Virus record (IMG/VR): IMGVR_UViG_3300023172_000011
Coordinates: 54,643 to 118,642 of that record
DNA: 64,000 nucleotides
Strand: one strand, 5' to 3'
DNA from: a virus
This document shows positions 10,701-21,025 of the stretch, one piece after another; the stretch's first letter is position 1; every line of letters begins with the position of its first letter. The notes below the pieces were generated by a model. It did no database searches and was not told the origin of the DNA. It saw only the letters and a list, made by a program, of their open reading frames with translations. Both the position numbers and the translations under genes were made by a program.

Positions 10701-13700
10701 CGGGACATGCAAGCTCTACCTTTGCAAAAATTCTATAGCCGCATCCGGCTGTTTCTAAATAATCCTGATCTAAGTACCTACTTTTATATGAAGCACAACT
10801 AACAACTTCTCCCAAGTCTCCACCACCGTCCCGACTGCTTCTCCATCCAATTACAATCTCGCTGCTGGGAATTACAACAGGCTCTAATGTTGCAGAAAAT
10901 CCGTCTTCGGAGCTAAGGCATCCACAGGTTTCACCAGTATATGCATGTCCATATTCTTTACGTAATCCATCTCCGCTGGCACAATAATCATTTCCATATC
11001 CATCCGCACAGGTAAATAATCCCGGCTCTAGTTTCGGATTTAGAAATCCGGGATCACCATATTTACAGTAGTTATGTCCGTATCTATCAGCCTCGTCCCA
11101 AATATATTCAGTCCCTAATCCACTAAATTTTATATGGAGCGGCTCGGCCTTCATGTTTGCACTAACACATCCAAGACATCTATCATCAACTTCCCATTCA
11201 ATAAAGAACGGAACTCCATCAGTAGGCCATCCATTATGAGTGCCAAGAACATTTGTGTAAGTTCCACTAGCATCATAATCTATATGATTGCATTCTGGTG
11301 TCCCGCAGCAGCTAAATTCGCCACATTTTGTTGTAAAGTAAGGAGCAATTACGGCTTTGTTTGTGTCAGCTAATCCCCACCATCCATATCCACTTCCTCC
11401 ATATTGGAAAAAGTCACCACCCTCATCGTCCCTGCTGGATGTTCCACTACTCCATAATCCACTAGAGGGGTTGAATGGTGCTGGAATTGGGGCTGTGACA
11501 CTCCAGTACATAGGCTCATCAATGTCTATTAACGGAGTTTGATTAGTGTAGGTTTTTTCATGATTTAACTTAGCAAACGCCTTAGTAATAACATCCTTTC
11601 TATTACGGTCTTCTTTACCGCATAAATTCATAATGTAACCATATGTAGTATATGGCTGTCGTATATTACAGGCACAGCAAGATGTATGTAGTGGATCACA
11701 AAATTCTGTGTTAGGATCAGTATAATTCGGACCTTCATATAGATTATACTGCTGAAGCTGATACCTTGCGTCCAAGCATCCATATCCAGTCGGATCAATA
11801 TCGAAGTTTGGCAGTGTCGGGAAGGTCATTACTGAAGGAATAGATACATGTACTGGAGGTCGTTGTCCATCAGGCGGGTCTTCACCACAATCGCATACAC
11901 AGGGAGATCCCGGTTTCCTACCGGCCCAAGCACGGGCAAGATTAATAAACATATGAATTTCTTGACCGGCCAACTGCCTTTTTAGATCATTCATATCTGC
12001 CGGTTCAGAATTTTCCCATCCTCCCAGCGGAAGACCAGAGCTGTCAAATGAACACTTGTCATTAAAGTCGCATCCACGATAAACAAAAGCTAATCTAGGT
12101 AGTCGATTTTGTTTATATTTTTCCGTCTCGGTTTCACATTCATTATACTTATCAAATTGGGTTACACAGTCTGGAAATATTTCAAGGGTCGCTCTTTTGC
12201 TGTAACATGTAGCGTTTTTATTTTTCAGCCGCGTTTGTTTTTGTTCTAGTCTTTTTGCATCATCACAAGCATCTACATTGAAGAAGGGGCCGTAATACGA
12301 CATCTCTCTCTGTAAATATGGAATTCCGCTCATATACGATCCAGAAAAGGTGATTAATTCTTCACCACTCTGAATAATTGCGTACCCACCACTCACTGAT
12401 ACATAATTTTGATCAAATCTTGGACTGTCGGCATCAACATTTGAAGTAATTGTATTAAACAGTCCGTAATTGTATCTCCATTCTCTATCTCTATTAGACT
12501 GGCGAATATTTTTCGGATTATTTAAGACTCTCCTGAAGTCTACATGAAAGTCAGTATTACAGGTAGATTTCCATCTATCATCAACTCCATATGCAGCCAG
12601 TCCGCAGCATGTGTCAGTATCATACGTATTAAATGCTATCCAATGATCACCACTTTCCGTGGCTAATCCAGATAAAGAGAAGATCTCTTCACCTTGAGTA
12701 CCTACAAATTTTGCTGAAGTATAATTAGATTCATGGGTAACATCAAATAATGTATAAGACCCATTAAATTGTCCACTAACGGTGTTATATAATCCTAAAG
12801 TCATTCCATTTTTTAAACCGCTGGCTGCACCATCGCCATAAGTGAAACGTGCTTGTATAAAATCATCTTGGGCGGAACGATAAATTCCACTAGCATTTGT
12901 AAAACCACCGGCGTATTCTCCTGCTACTGCACCGTCAGGTCTACAACCGGATTCATAATTATAGTAATTTGAAATACCAGTTAGCTTGGCTCGGTTTTGA
13001 TTATGCTCGTACTTCTCAAAGCGGTGACTTTCTCTAGCAATATTTTGCTTAGGCTCCCCACTACAATCTAATAGGTATCCGGGAGGAGCGTATAGATCTT
13101 CAGTCTCATAACAGTTTTCTATACTAGATAGTCTCCATGCACCACTAAGGTTTTTAAATATCTTTGTGCTGAAGTTTATCTTATTTCCCCAGCCAAAATT
13201 CTCTGGAGTTTTCTTAAAAACCTTGTTTGGGCTTGTAGTGTCGCAAGAATTTTCATCAGATGTTACATATTCTATAAGCCCTTTTGGTCTATCTACTAGG
13301 TAAGTCTCGGCACCTCCCCTGTCTTTTGGTGGAGTGCTGGTATCTAAATCTCCAGCCTGATCATAATGTTTTTTATATGTAGGGGCTAATGACGAGTCGT
13401 AAGGATCATAAACGGTCCTATAAAATACATCAGGACGTTGTTCATTCATAAATGGCCCATAAGTCACACTGCCACATGTTTTTGTGGCTGAATGATCTTC
13501 GTCATGACCGTCAAAGAAATCGTAGTAGCTTGTACCCCATGTGGCCCAGCCAGATATTAAAACATTATCCTCTATAGTTCCAAAGCCCCAAAAGTCGGGG
13601 TTGGCTATGATCTTAACTTTTATATTCTTAGAAAGAGATATACCGTTTGATTCACTTAGGTCGTATGTGGCACCTTCACTACAAAATTCTACATTTATAC

Positions 13701-13755
13701 ATTGTTTGCCACATGAATAACAGGGAGTGTCCCCGCTCTGAGTTATAAAAGCCAT
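7732..13755 (-). CDS. giant Cys-rich virion (tail-tip/adhesion) protein
   Basis: 2007-aa ORF, last gene of the tail operon. About 96 Cys and about 40 SG dipeptides by manual count. Confidence 0.7.
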   Translation of the reverse strand: MAFITQSGDTPCYSCGKQCINVEFCSEGATYDLSESNGISLSKNIKVKIIANPDFWGFGTIEDNVLISGWATWGTSYYDFFDGHDEDHSATKTCGSVTYGPFMNEQRPDVFYRTVYDPYDSSLAPTYKKHYDQAGDLDTSTPPKDRGGAETYLVDRPKGLIEYVTSDENSCDTTSPNKVFKKTPENFGWGNKINFSTKIFKNLSGAWRLSSIENCYETEDLYAPPGYLLDCSGEPKQNIARESHRFEKYEHNQNRAKLTGISNYYNYESGCRPDGAVAGEYAGGFTNASGIYRSAQDDFIQARFTYGDGAASGLKNGMTLGLYNTVSGQFNGSYTLFDVTHESNYTSAKFVGTQGEEIFSLSGLATESGDHWIAFNTYDTDTCCGLAAYGVDDRWKSTCNTDFHVDFRRVLNNPKNIRQSNRDREWRYNYGLFNTITSNVDADSPRFDQNYVSVSGGYAIIQSGEELITFSGSYMSGIPYLQREMSYYGPFFNVDACDDAKRLEQKQTRLKNKNATCYSKRATLEIFPDCVTQFDKYNECETETEKYKQNRLPRLAFVYRGCDFNDKCSFDSSGLPLGGWENSEPADMNDLKRQLAGQEIHMFINLARAWAGRKPGSPCVCDCGEDPPDGQRPPVHVSIPSVMTFPTLPNFDIDPTGYGCLDARYQLQQYNLYEGPNYTDPNTEFCDPLHTSCCACNIRQPYTTYGYIMNLCGKEDRNRKDVITKAFAKLNHEKTYTNQTPLIDIDEPMYWSVTAPIPAPFNPSSGLWSSGTSSRDDEGGDFFQYGGSGYGWWGLADTNKAVIAPYFTTKCGEFSCCGTPECNHIDYDASGTYTNVLGTHNGWPTDGVPFFIEWEVDDRCLGCVSANMKAEPLHIKFSGLGTEYIWDEADRYGHNYCKYGDPGFLNPKLEPGLFTCADGYGNDYCASGDGLRKEYGHAYTGETCGCLSSEDGFSATLEPVVIPSSEIVIGWRSSRDGGGDLGEVVSCASYKSRYLDQDYLETAGCGYRIFAKVELACPGFHDYLIDPRYPEAKYESNPVAALWDGGASCQHHYPARVGSAGDLELKTTLYAVVPQYVDLFRNMTAYGLRHIDTLARCLTSGDFYEVNNLFGFCPGDTIYAYGCELTASNGSRYFYGCPNPVSPSENPCSGNTLCNTCPTGIETFRPGGGGISCLCDEQIGFEGVEPARAPSNYQFNSCFCDCQDPTLAAIYEIDSNHQPVLTSGSSCATIYWIGASGANGTVIGPTDLSCGPPCPYMGINLGTFSSTDWWDWNHGVNGLVSGIKYELNEPYIGGECGQMSKGDYPGSVVECSAVDCSQDSNVGSKSCGNPIYHGLVGDELPFSGVEVRKKRCAPEVAIVNKIDCFIGPTGDTQYRLDLSREYHEHDRTWYEQIVDGEGEQVCVAVAAGAYSGEGLCHIIPYALEADTVTPAYEAPCSIHPSSGVYVNQDYQFSSPGSSYSHVWNYFNLFYSSGHLPTVTTGNLIPSINRDGDGQFNCSGLGPDPPVSTTIFETGKYYDPLNFYGIFETNKKHSCVQDSSECGGELWCNKMLFPRHHYASGTKVAAFAAPSVCTTTSQFKTGYGFDGYTSAGEGDDLNREQVLRFRDWCDDEVLATIQSGVHIDDVTIIVDDYLPLIGVVHPGWRFASDVKSCTVVGTGCVSQLPLHSEHTILAGIHQPKTFTSNGFESMGYYLDRFGVSLDESQTGLIRASGTPVSGNHQCLFNPFKIMIDVECSLNRIARKGVERDPPTLLRGVQEWPATACLGNIANPPCSCGDSQCNYNVDPRKGQCQQFRLATYVGESANADYLCASGIPSPGSCPYPTCESGPFPVLKIIGTTGAWISADNLVDMPEFSGTYGGTNIGTCYVPPSGTISVSYSYATTGVEAGWMKNTCDGKYYRIDDTGYAPVWQCDQYQYMSFAAGSIMYPDKCSCEVDWINGLCSADKRCVDFHSCDCGNGFINDMPSPPALTFNSGWWTEDCHCEGTAKTESPCTNSRVQFEITEAGYD

Positions 13756-13765
13756 TTTTAAATTC

Positions 13766-15526
13766 CTAATTATTTATAAGTGCCGTGTCTTCTCCACACC
13801 ACTCACAGGTCTTATATCCTTGTGTTTGTAATTTTAATGTACAGGATTGTAAAGTGCCATTATCACATTCTACATGCGTAACAACTTGCTGAGATTTAAA
13901 CTCTGCCTGAGTCACCCAATGTATTGGTAGACTCTCTGTTTCAGCAGTTGCATTATTTGCATAGATTTGAACGGGACATGTTAATCCATAATTTGTTAAA
14001 CCAGTGTTTGGATCTAACGTTCCGCTTGTTAGTTTACCATCAGAAAATACTAAACTTAGACTAGCACAAATATCGCAACCAGAATATAGTGCAAATCCTC
14101 CATAAGTATAACCAGATCCAGACGAGGTGACTTGAAAAGAGCCATTACCGCTTGTATCAATCACGATTTGACCACGAGCATTTTCTCCAGATCCGCCAAT
14201 AAAAGACCCTGTATTTACATTTTTTCTACGTCCAGTATCTACAGTGAATGCTAAATCTCCAACATCAAATGATTGACGTAAAGGATTTTCTATCAACACT
14301 CTTTTACCAGTAGAATCGCTACCATGTTGTGTGCCGCATCCACTATTTGTAATATGTCCACAGTCTTGACAGTCATTGGTCCATATATTATAATAATTTT
14401 GACCTACCGAATCTTTAGTTTCGCGAATAATAAATGCTTCATAAAATGGAAACTCTAAACTTGTATAATCCAGTTGTTCATAATAATTTTTGTTATCTTC
14501 ATTTGCAGTATATGCTAGATATTCAGGATCATATATAGCCTCGGTAGAATCAAAAGCCCTCATATTTTGTGGGGCATTTCTACTATATTGATCTCTGCTA
14601 TTACTTCTATCAACCTCAAACGAAAAACTTGGGGGAGTGTAAACGTTGGTTAATTTTACTAAATATATCTTAGTAGTATTTCCTCCGGTCCAAACGCCTC
14701 TCGCATCATCCCATCTTAAATCAACAGGTCCAGACTTCCACAAATGCGGATTGTACATTGCTTGTGGATGAAAAGTACTGCCACTTGATGGAACGGGATT
14801 ACCTCCAGTATCGTATCCCCATCCAGTTAAAACCATTGGTGCTTTAAAGCCAACGCCTCTAATGCCTTCAGTTTCTACTATATGTCTGCCCCAATGATCC
14901 TTTTCAAAATAAAAGTCAATAGGAGACCCAGATCCGCTAGGGTAAATCCCAGTGTCTCCAACAAATCCGCCACTTCCATTTATACCAGAATCTTTTGGAT
15001 TATAATTTAAAGCCATTGCAATATTATGACCGCTAGACATCCACGGATCATTAGCAACAGAATATCCGCCCTTTGGATTTATTCCATCTAAAACATTGAA
15101 TGGATTGAATGGATTTAGCTCTCTTGCAGTTGGATCGCCGCCTTCCGCTTCTGTAGGCTTTGTCCAATATGGTAGCCATTTTCCCGCTCTGTATTCATCC
15201 GTTTGAGTTGTATACGGATAAAATACCGCATCTAGACTTGTAGCACCAATAAGATTCCAAGGATGTCTTCCAGAATATGCAGTTTCCGTAGATGGTATTT
15301 CATTAAATTTTCTAGCACTGTTCGCAAATTCACTATACTGCATGAATCCAACTTGTGCCTGTGGAATTTCATGATAAGTTGCACTTTTAACTGGCGAATC
15401 AGCGGTCGCATTTATTCTAGTTCCAGTGGCAGAAACATTGCCCTGTGCCCGCAATGCTTCAGTAATCTCGCCTACAAGAATTAAAGACGCTGGATTATAT
15501 GACCAACCTAACTGTTCCTTAGTCAT
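13766..15526 (-). CDS. tail-tip protein
   Basis: Position downstream of the tape measure. Gly/Ser/Thr-rich. Contains 'GWGYD..G.PVP' and 'GPVDLRWD..RGVW'. Confidence 0.6.
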   Translation of the reverse strand: MTKEQLGWSYNPASLILVGEITEALRAQGNVSATGTRINATADSPVKSATYHEIPQAQVGFMQYSEFANSARKFNEIPSTETAYSGRHPWNLIGATSLDAVFYPYTTQTDEYRAGKWLPYWTKPTEAEGGDPTARELNPFNPFNVLDGINPKGGYSVANDPWMSSGHNIAMALNYNPKDSGINGSGGFVGDTGIYPSGSGSPIDFYFEKDHWGRHIVETEGIRGVGFKAPMVLTGWGYDTGGNPVPSSGSTFHPQAMYNPHLWKSGPVDLRWDDARGVWTGGNTTKIYLVKLTNVYTPPSFSFEVDRSNSRDQYSRNAPQNMRAFDSTEAIYDPEYLAYTANEDNKNYYEQLDYTSLEFPFYEAFIIRETKDSVGQNYYNIWTNDCQDCGHITNSGCGTQHGSDSTGKRVLIENPLRQSFDVGDLAFTVDTGRRKNVNTGSFIGGSGENARGQIVIDTSGNGSFQVTSSGSGYTYGGFALYSGCDICASLSLVFSDGKLTSGTLDPNTGLTNYGLTCPVQIYANNATAETESLPIHWVTQAEFKSQQVVTHVECDNGTLQSCTLKLQTQGYKTCEWCGEDTALINN

Positions 15527-15530
15527 TGTA

Positions 15531-18500
15531 TTACCTTAATTTAAGTTTCTTTAACTTATTAGATATTTTAGTTATATTCTTCTCAATATCTCTATTATTT
15601 TTGCCAAATCTTGGAGAAATTGTCTTAAAAGTATAAGTAGTGTCAATCTGGTCTGAACTTACATTGATTTTAATGTCTGTAACTTGTTGCAGTCCGTAAA
15701 GACCGTCTCCAATTCTAGTAATTGCTGGAGCACCCGGAATGGAAAAGCTGCCTTCTTCAACTGCAAACAAAGCAAAGTCATCAATAGCATTTGCTCTACC
15801 CTGTGCGGCAAGATTCATTCCGGTCAATCCGCTAGTTTGAGACAAGTCATAAGATCCAAATGTTCCAAATCCCACTGGAATTAGAAAGTTCTCTGGAACC
15901 AATGATTCGTCTTGCTCATATTCTATTTTACCTCTGAATGGAACATATGGTAGACTTGTCATCCAAGGACCATAAACATATCTCGTAGAAATTTGAGCAT
16001 AATTTATAGATTTAGGAGAAACGCATACTTTAAATGGCTGAAGGTTTTCTACAACATCGTCGGATGTTATTTTATATTGTCTTGCTTTACCGCTTGCTGC
16101 AAGATAAGATGTCTCCCATGTTGAACAGCCATCTAAGTCTCCAGCGTTAACATCCGTAGCACCAATAAATCTCTTGAATGCATCTGCACTTGGCACATTG
16201 GTTAAACCCTTTCCTTGTGCAAGCCCCGGCTTAGGCTGTGGCAAGAAAACTCTGTCAGTAGTAAACTTTACGAACGGGAAACAGAATCTTCCATTGTCAC
16301 TATATTCTAAGCTAGTTAATGCTGGAACAATGGCATTCAACCATTCCGGCTGTGTTTCTCTTGGTATTCCAATTACTCCACTATAAGCAAAATATCCAGA
16401 TGGTGTAGGATCGCCGTCAGCTATAGACCTACAAACTGAAGGAGTGCATTGTCCATTATTGAGAGTATAGTTTGATAAATTGTTTGAGGTGTTAGTACTT
16501 CCAGCCTTCGTGACACTCTCTGGGCCAAGTCCAGATGAGCTATATTCCTGAAAATACCGTCTATGTCCAGTTACAATAGAACTGAAGGGAAGTGATGCTC
16601 TAGTATAAATAGCATCATAGCCATATGGTAAAAAGCTGTATTGATTTTCAATATTAGACGGAGATGCGTGTAAAATAGAGTAACTGCCATATTTTGTAAT
16701 ACATAGAGAGTCTAGATTATATTCTGAAAAGTTAAATACCTTTACATTTGCACCGTTGAACAAATTTTTCAAGTCAGCGGCATAATTCTCGTCCCATCCA
16801 GCACCATCTCCAATAAAACTATGATCATAGTTAATAAATGGAGATACCTTGCCGTCATTGATAAACATATTGCTCTGTGGAATTTGCCTAGCATAATACT
16901 GAGAAGGTTCTACATATGCTGAGTCAGTTAATTCCCAAGAACGTTTAAAGTTTCCAACTAGATTATCGCCATTTAAATCTTCTATAGTTTTTAAATAAGG
17001 TACTGGTGCATACCATGATTTGCCGTAATGGGTATCCCCAATAGTTTTTACACGCTCATAAATTAATGGCAAAATATAGTCTCTTATCTGTGCATTAGCA
17101 AAAGCACATGTTAATACTGGTGGACATTGACCAGTAACTTCTACATCGCTATATACCGGATTTCCATCGTCATCGCATCCAGTCAATTGTTTTTCAATAT
17201 ACGTAGCTGCCGGAACTTCTGTTCCATCTTCAGTTAAGCATGGTTGTGGCTGACCATCAGGATCATAGGTTTCTGTAACTATACTTTGAGTTGTGAGACT
17301 CTGAGTAAATAAATTTCCAATACCTAATATATCACAAGCCCCAGCATAACCGATGCCTCCAGCGGCATTTTGTTTTTTAGTAGACTCTTCTTTATCTTCT
17401 TGCGAACTTTCATCTTCACCCGTTGGAGGCACAACACAATTAGGATAAAAATGCTCTCGTAAATTAATAAACTTCTTGCTTTTATAATCATTAAAGAATG
17501 CATCCCAGCTACCCTTGCCGGTCATAGCACATCTAATTTCTAACATAGATGCCGCATAGATACCATTTTTAAACACTCCCGGAACTGTTAATCCTGCAAA
17601 GTCACTACGCATATCAATTAAAATAAAATCATCAACATCTCTAGGATCTAACATGTTTGTAATTACTGGAATTTTTCTAGTAGACGTTTCATTTAGTCCT
17701 AACGAATCAGTAGCAGTATCAGCAGTTTCTCTAGGATCTGAAGCATTTGGTATAATAATATCGCCCCAGTATTGACGAAGATATTTTCTAGGAACGCTAA
17801 CTAATCTTGTTTGATAACCTCCCGTAACAACTTTCATTGTTGTTAAATCGTTTAGTTTGATAGAAACGTCAGAATTCTTTATCTTTAGATCAGATAGTTT
17901 GCTAGAATCCCAATATCCTGTAGCAACAGGAAAAGTTCCACCGTTAGCAATTGATTGTGTACCTACTCCAGTAAAGCCTTCATCGGCAGAATCTATACCG
18001 CTAGAATCTAATGGATCAGAATATGTTGTATCATTTAGATCCGCCAATCCATAATCTGTATTATTGACTGGTCTCTTTCCGGGGTGTATCCCATCTTGAG
18101 TAGTCCAATATGAATCTTTAATATCTGGAACTTCTAAACCAATAATGTTATAAGCAATATTACTAAAAGGTCTAGATCCATTAAAAAATGAATTCTTATT
18201 TAGAACTTTGATTCTTATCGTCCCGCCGTATTTGCCGCCTTCTTCTGTAAACTTGCTATTATTTAAAGGCCAGTTACATATAGCGTTCTGAGTCCAGTTG
18301 GGATCATCCTCCTGTAATGTAGGATCGCCAATAGGATTACCATCAATATCAGTATTTTTATTCAAGTCAATATAGCAGAAGTATTCTAGATTTGCTTCTT
18401 GACAAATTTCAGACACTATCTCTGCTATGCTTTTACTAGATCCGCCCACTCTAAATTGAGGGCCAATATTTGGTGAGGCATCAATAACTTGATTGTAAAA

Positions 18501-19280
18501 ACCAATAGCGTCAAAGTGATAGTAATAAGGTATACCTTCATCATCTCTAATGACATTATAATTATGTCTACCAAACAGTAGATTTCCGCCATGCGTTCTT
18601 TGTCTCTGTTCTTCTGACAATGTTGGTAGATGATTAACGCCCATATGTAAAGCCCATATCAGCTTTATTAAGGGGATACCGTCTGCACTTTTTCCGCTGT
18701 AACCAAAATCGCCGTATGAGTCTGTAGCGAATGGGACACGATAATTTGGATGATCATTTTCCAGAATACCCAAAACATTGATAAGATTAGAGACATTATG
18801 CCAATGATATTGTCCGGGACTGTTATCTACAGTAATTAGACTATTATTGTGTCCGAAGTCATAATAACTGGTTCCGCTAAAATCAGAATTTGCTTCTAAA
18901 GATCCGCCAAGTCCGGCAAATCCATCCATAATAACTTGGGTGGCATTTAAAATAGTTAGTGGACTTGTTAAGCTGACAGAGTATGTTTTGCTATTATTTG
19001 ATGATCTACTAAAAGAATCAACTAAGCCAATATACTCAAATAGAACATTCCCGCTGGTATCTTTAAGTTCAAATATATGAGGGCTTCCAAGAACTGGAAT
19101 AACCAGTCTATCGCCATCGCCTTCATCTTCAATTAATCTAAAACTTAAACTACCAGCTTGAGATGACCAATCTGCTGAAACATTAAAGTCAACGACGGTA
19201 CATCCAAATGCTTTGATAACGGCTAAGTCTGGAGCAGCTTGTGAAGATGTTGTTCCAAAAGGCTGAATGTCTGTCGGCAT
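15531..19280 (-). CDS. tail hub/central tip protein (Tal/gpJ-like position)
   Basis: Second gene after the tape measure. Beta-rich ends ('GLVDSFSRS...TYSVSLTSP', 'VTDIKINVSSDQIDTTYTF'). Confidence 0.6.
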   Translation of the reverse strand: MPTDIQPFGTTSSQAAPDLAVIKAFGCTVVDFNVSADWSSQAGSLSFRLIEDEGDGDRLVIPVLGSPHIFELKDTSGNVLFEYIGLVDSFSRSSNNSKTYSVSLTSPLTILNATQVIMDGFAGLGGSLEANSDFSGTSYYDFGHNNSLITVDNSPGQYHWHNVSNLINVLGILENDHPNYRVPFATDSYGDFGYSGKSADGIPLIKLIWALHMGVNHLPTLSEEQRQRTHGGNLLFGRHNYNVIRDDEGIPYYYHFDAIGFYNQVIDASPNIGPQFRVGGSSKSIAEIVSEICQEANLEYFCYIDLNKNTDIDGNPIGDPTLQEDDPNWTQNAICNWPLNNSKFTEEGGKYGGTIRIKVLNKNSFFNGSRPFSNIAYNIIGLEVPDIKDSYWTTQDGIHPGKRPVNNTDYGLADLNDTTYSDPLDSSGIDSADEGFTGVGTQSIANGGTFPVATGYWDSSKLSDLKIKNSDVSIKLNDLTTMKVVTGGYQTRLVSVPRKYLRQYWGDIIIPNASDPRETADTATDSLGLNETSTRKIPVITNMLDPRDVDDFILIDMRSDFAGLTVPGVFKNGIYAASMLEIRCAMTGKGSWDAFFNDYKSKKFINLREHFYPNCVVPPTGEDESSQEDKEESTKKQNAAGGIGYAGACDILGIGNLFTQSLTTQSIVTETYDPDGQPQPCLTEDGTEVPAATYIEKQLTGCDDDGNPVYSDVEVTGQCPPVLTCAFANAQIRDYILPLIYERVKTIGDTHYGKSWYAPVPYLKTIEDLNGDNLVGNFKRSWELTDSAYVEPSQYYARQIPQSNMFINDGKVSPFINYDHSFIGDGAGWDENYAADLKNLFNGANVKVFNFSEYNLDSLCITKYGSYSILHASPSNIENQYSFLPYGYDAIYTRASLPFSSIVTGHRRYFQEYSSSGLGPESVTKAGSTNTSNNLSNYTLNNGQCTPSVCRSIADGDPTPSGYFAYSGVIGIPRETQPEWLNAIVPALTSLEYSDNGRFCFPFVKFTTDRVFLPQPKPGLAQGKGLTNVPSADAFKRFIGATDVNAGDLDGCSTWETSYLAASGKARQYKITSDDVVENLQPFKVCVSPKSINYAQISTRYVYGPWMTSLPYVPFRGKIEYEQDESLVPENFLIPVGFGTFGSYDLSQTSGLTGMNLAAQGRANAIDDFALFAVEEGSFSIPGAPAITRIGDGLYGLQQVTDIKINVSSDQIDTTYTFKTISPRFGKNNRDIEKNITKISNKLKKLKLR

Positions 19281-21025
19281 TAAGAACTCCTCTCATAAGT
19301 CCATTCAATACTATAAGTATAACTTCTTGTTCTTGCGTCCCAGCTTTCATTTGGTGCTGAATGGAAGCATTTGCCAGCAGTCACATTAAGGTCATTTGCT
19401 GGATTCGCAGCTTGATAAATTTCATTAAGTTCGCCAGTATTAGTAATACTTGGTTTTTTATTAATTAACAAGTCTTTAAGGATATCTCTTCTTGTTAAAG
19501 CTCCACCCGTACCATCAGATAACGTTCCGCTTCCATTGACTTGATCCAGACTCCACGATGGAGCCTGAGTACCCATTACAATATTAATAGATAAATTTCT
19601 TTTATATTCACTTCTTGAGTTAAGATATTGTAAAACTGGCTGGCTACGACCTATGACTGGAGTAACAGAGAAAATTTCTCCCGGATACGTATCGCTAATT
19701 TGAATACTTTCTGATACACTTCCCGGAACAAGATTTGGCGGTCTATCATCAAAATTATATGAATAAGAAATTGTTCCAGCGGCAAAATCTCTACCAACTG
19801 ATCTACTTAATGCTTTTGGATGCAACCAGCTACCTGCTGGTAAAGCACCAAGTGCATGATAATAAGCGACAGCGGGAACACCTGTTGAAATTGTTTCCCA
19901 ATATCCAGATGCGTTTGTGTAAGCATTAGTTGAGATAGAGAAGCCATCAGCAGTATTTAACCCCTGAATATTTCCTTGTATACTAAATGTATTAGATTCA
20001 TTTTCGCCAACATCTTGATTAATACTAATGGTTTCAATTACTGGATAGTTGCCGCTATATGCAGTATAGGTTTCAGTGAGACTATATGTTCCACCCTCTT
20101 TATCAACTGTTTCTTGATATACGGTGTTTCCAACAGAATAGCTATTGCCTAAATATTGTCTTAATTCAGATCTTATCTCTGGAATATATCCACTGCCAAG
20201 GCCAAGGTGTTCATAAATAAAACCGCTGGCCTGTTGCCACGGAGCTAATCCACTGACATAAGCTCCGTCTTCATCATATACCGGAGATCCTACCGCAGAG
20301 ATAGAACGGTTAATTGTATAAACTTTATTTGCACTTTGGAAAATTTTATGTCCATAACTAGCGTCGGTGCCAAACTGCAATGTCTTCTGACCATCTTCTT
20401 GGATATCGAAGTTTTCAGTTAAACTAGAAATTTGATACTTCGGGGCATTTTCATTTGTATAATCAGAAAACTCATTGAGATTTGCACTTGTTAGAAAGTT
20501 GCTCATCCTCATGTTTACTGTATAGCCGCCGGGATTAACGCCTCTCCCATCAGGATCAAAAGAAACATCATCCACAAAAGCATTAAAAGATAGGCCACTT
20601 CCTCCATAATCAGCGTCGTCCCATCCACGAATGGCAATTTTGATTGGGCGGGCAACTCCACTAACTAATGGATTACTAAATAACCATCGAACCTTTTCTT
20701 GTTTTCTAATTGTTGTATCTAAAAGATTAGCTTCAGTTAATGGGTGATTTTCAATACTATCGCTATCAACTCCGCGATTACGGAATATCCCGTCAGCATC
20801 ATCATCATTTTTTAACCATTCTACTGGAGATGCATCTCCGCTATAATATGGATTTCCAAGCATTGGAACTAACGTGCCCTGTAAAGAAACAGAGTAGTCA
20901 GCCCCAAACCCCGGACGACCTATATTATTATATGTTTGTTTATTGAAAGATACTAATGGAGCCGGAACCAGATAATAATCATATTCTGTTCCATTAGAAT
21001 CTGCTTTTGTTATTATAACTGGCAT
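19280..21025 (-). CDS. distal tail protein-like
   Basis: First gene after the tape measure. Repeated beta-strand units ('GTYSLTETY', 'GTISYSYNF', 'YTYSIEWTY'). Confidence 0.55.
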   Translation of the reverse strand: MPVIITKADSNGTEYDYYLVPAPLVSFNKQTYNNIGRPGFGADYSVSLQGTLVPMLGNPYYSGDASPVEWLKNDDDADGIFRNRGVDSDSIENHPLTEANLLDTTIRKQEKVRWLFSNPLVSGVARPIKIAIRGWDDADYGGSGLSFNAFVDDVSFDPDGRGVNPGGYTVNMRMSNFLTSANLNEFSDYTNENAPKYQISSLTENFDIQEDGQKTLQFGTDASYGHKIFQSANKVYTINRSISAVGSPVYDEDGAYVSGLAPWQQASGFIYEHLGLGSGYIPEIRSELRQYLGNSYSVGNTVYQETVDKEGGTYSLTETYTAYSGNYPVIETISINQDVGENESNTFSIQGNIQGLNTADGFSISTNAYTNASGYWETISTGVPAVAYYHALGALPAGSWLHPKALSRSVGRDFAAGTISYSYNFDDRPPNLVPGSVSESIQISDTYPGEIFSVTPVIGRSQPVLQYLNSRSEYKRNLSINIVMGTQAPSWSLDQVNGSGTLSDGTGGALTRRDILKDLLINKKPSITNTGELNEIYQAANPANDLNVTAGKCFHSAPNESWDARTRSYTYSIEWTYERSS

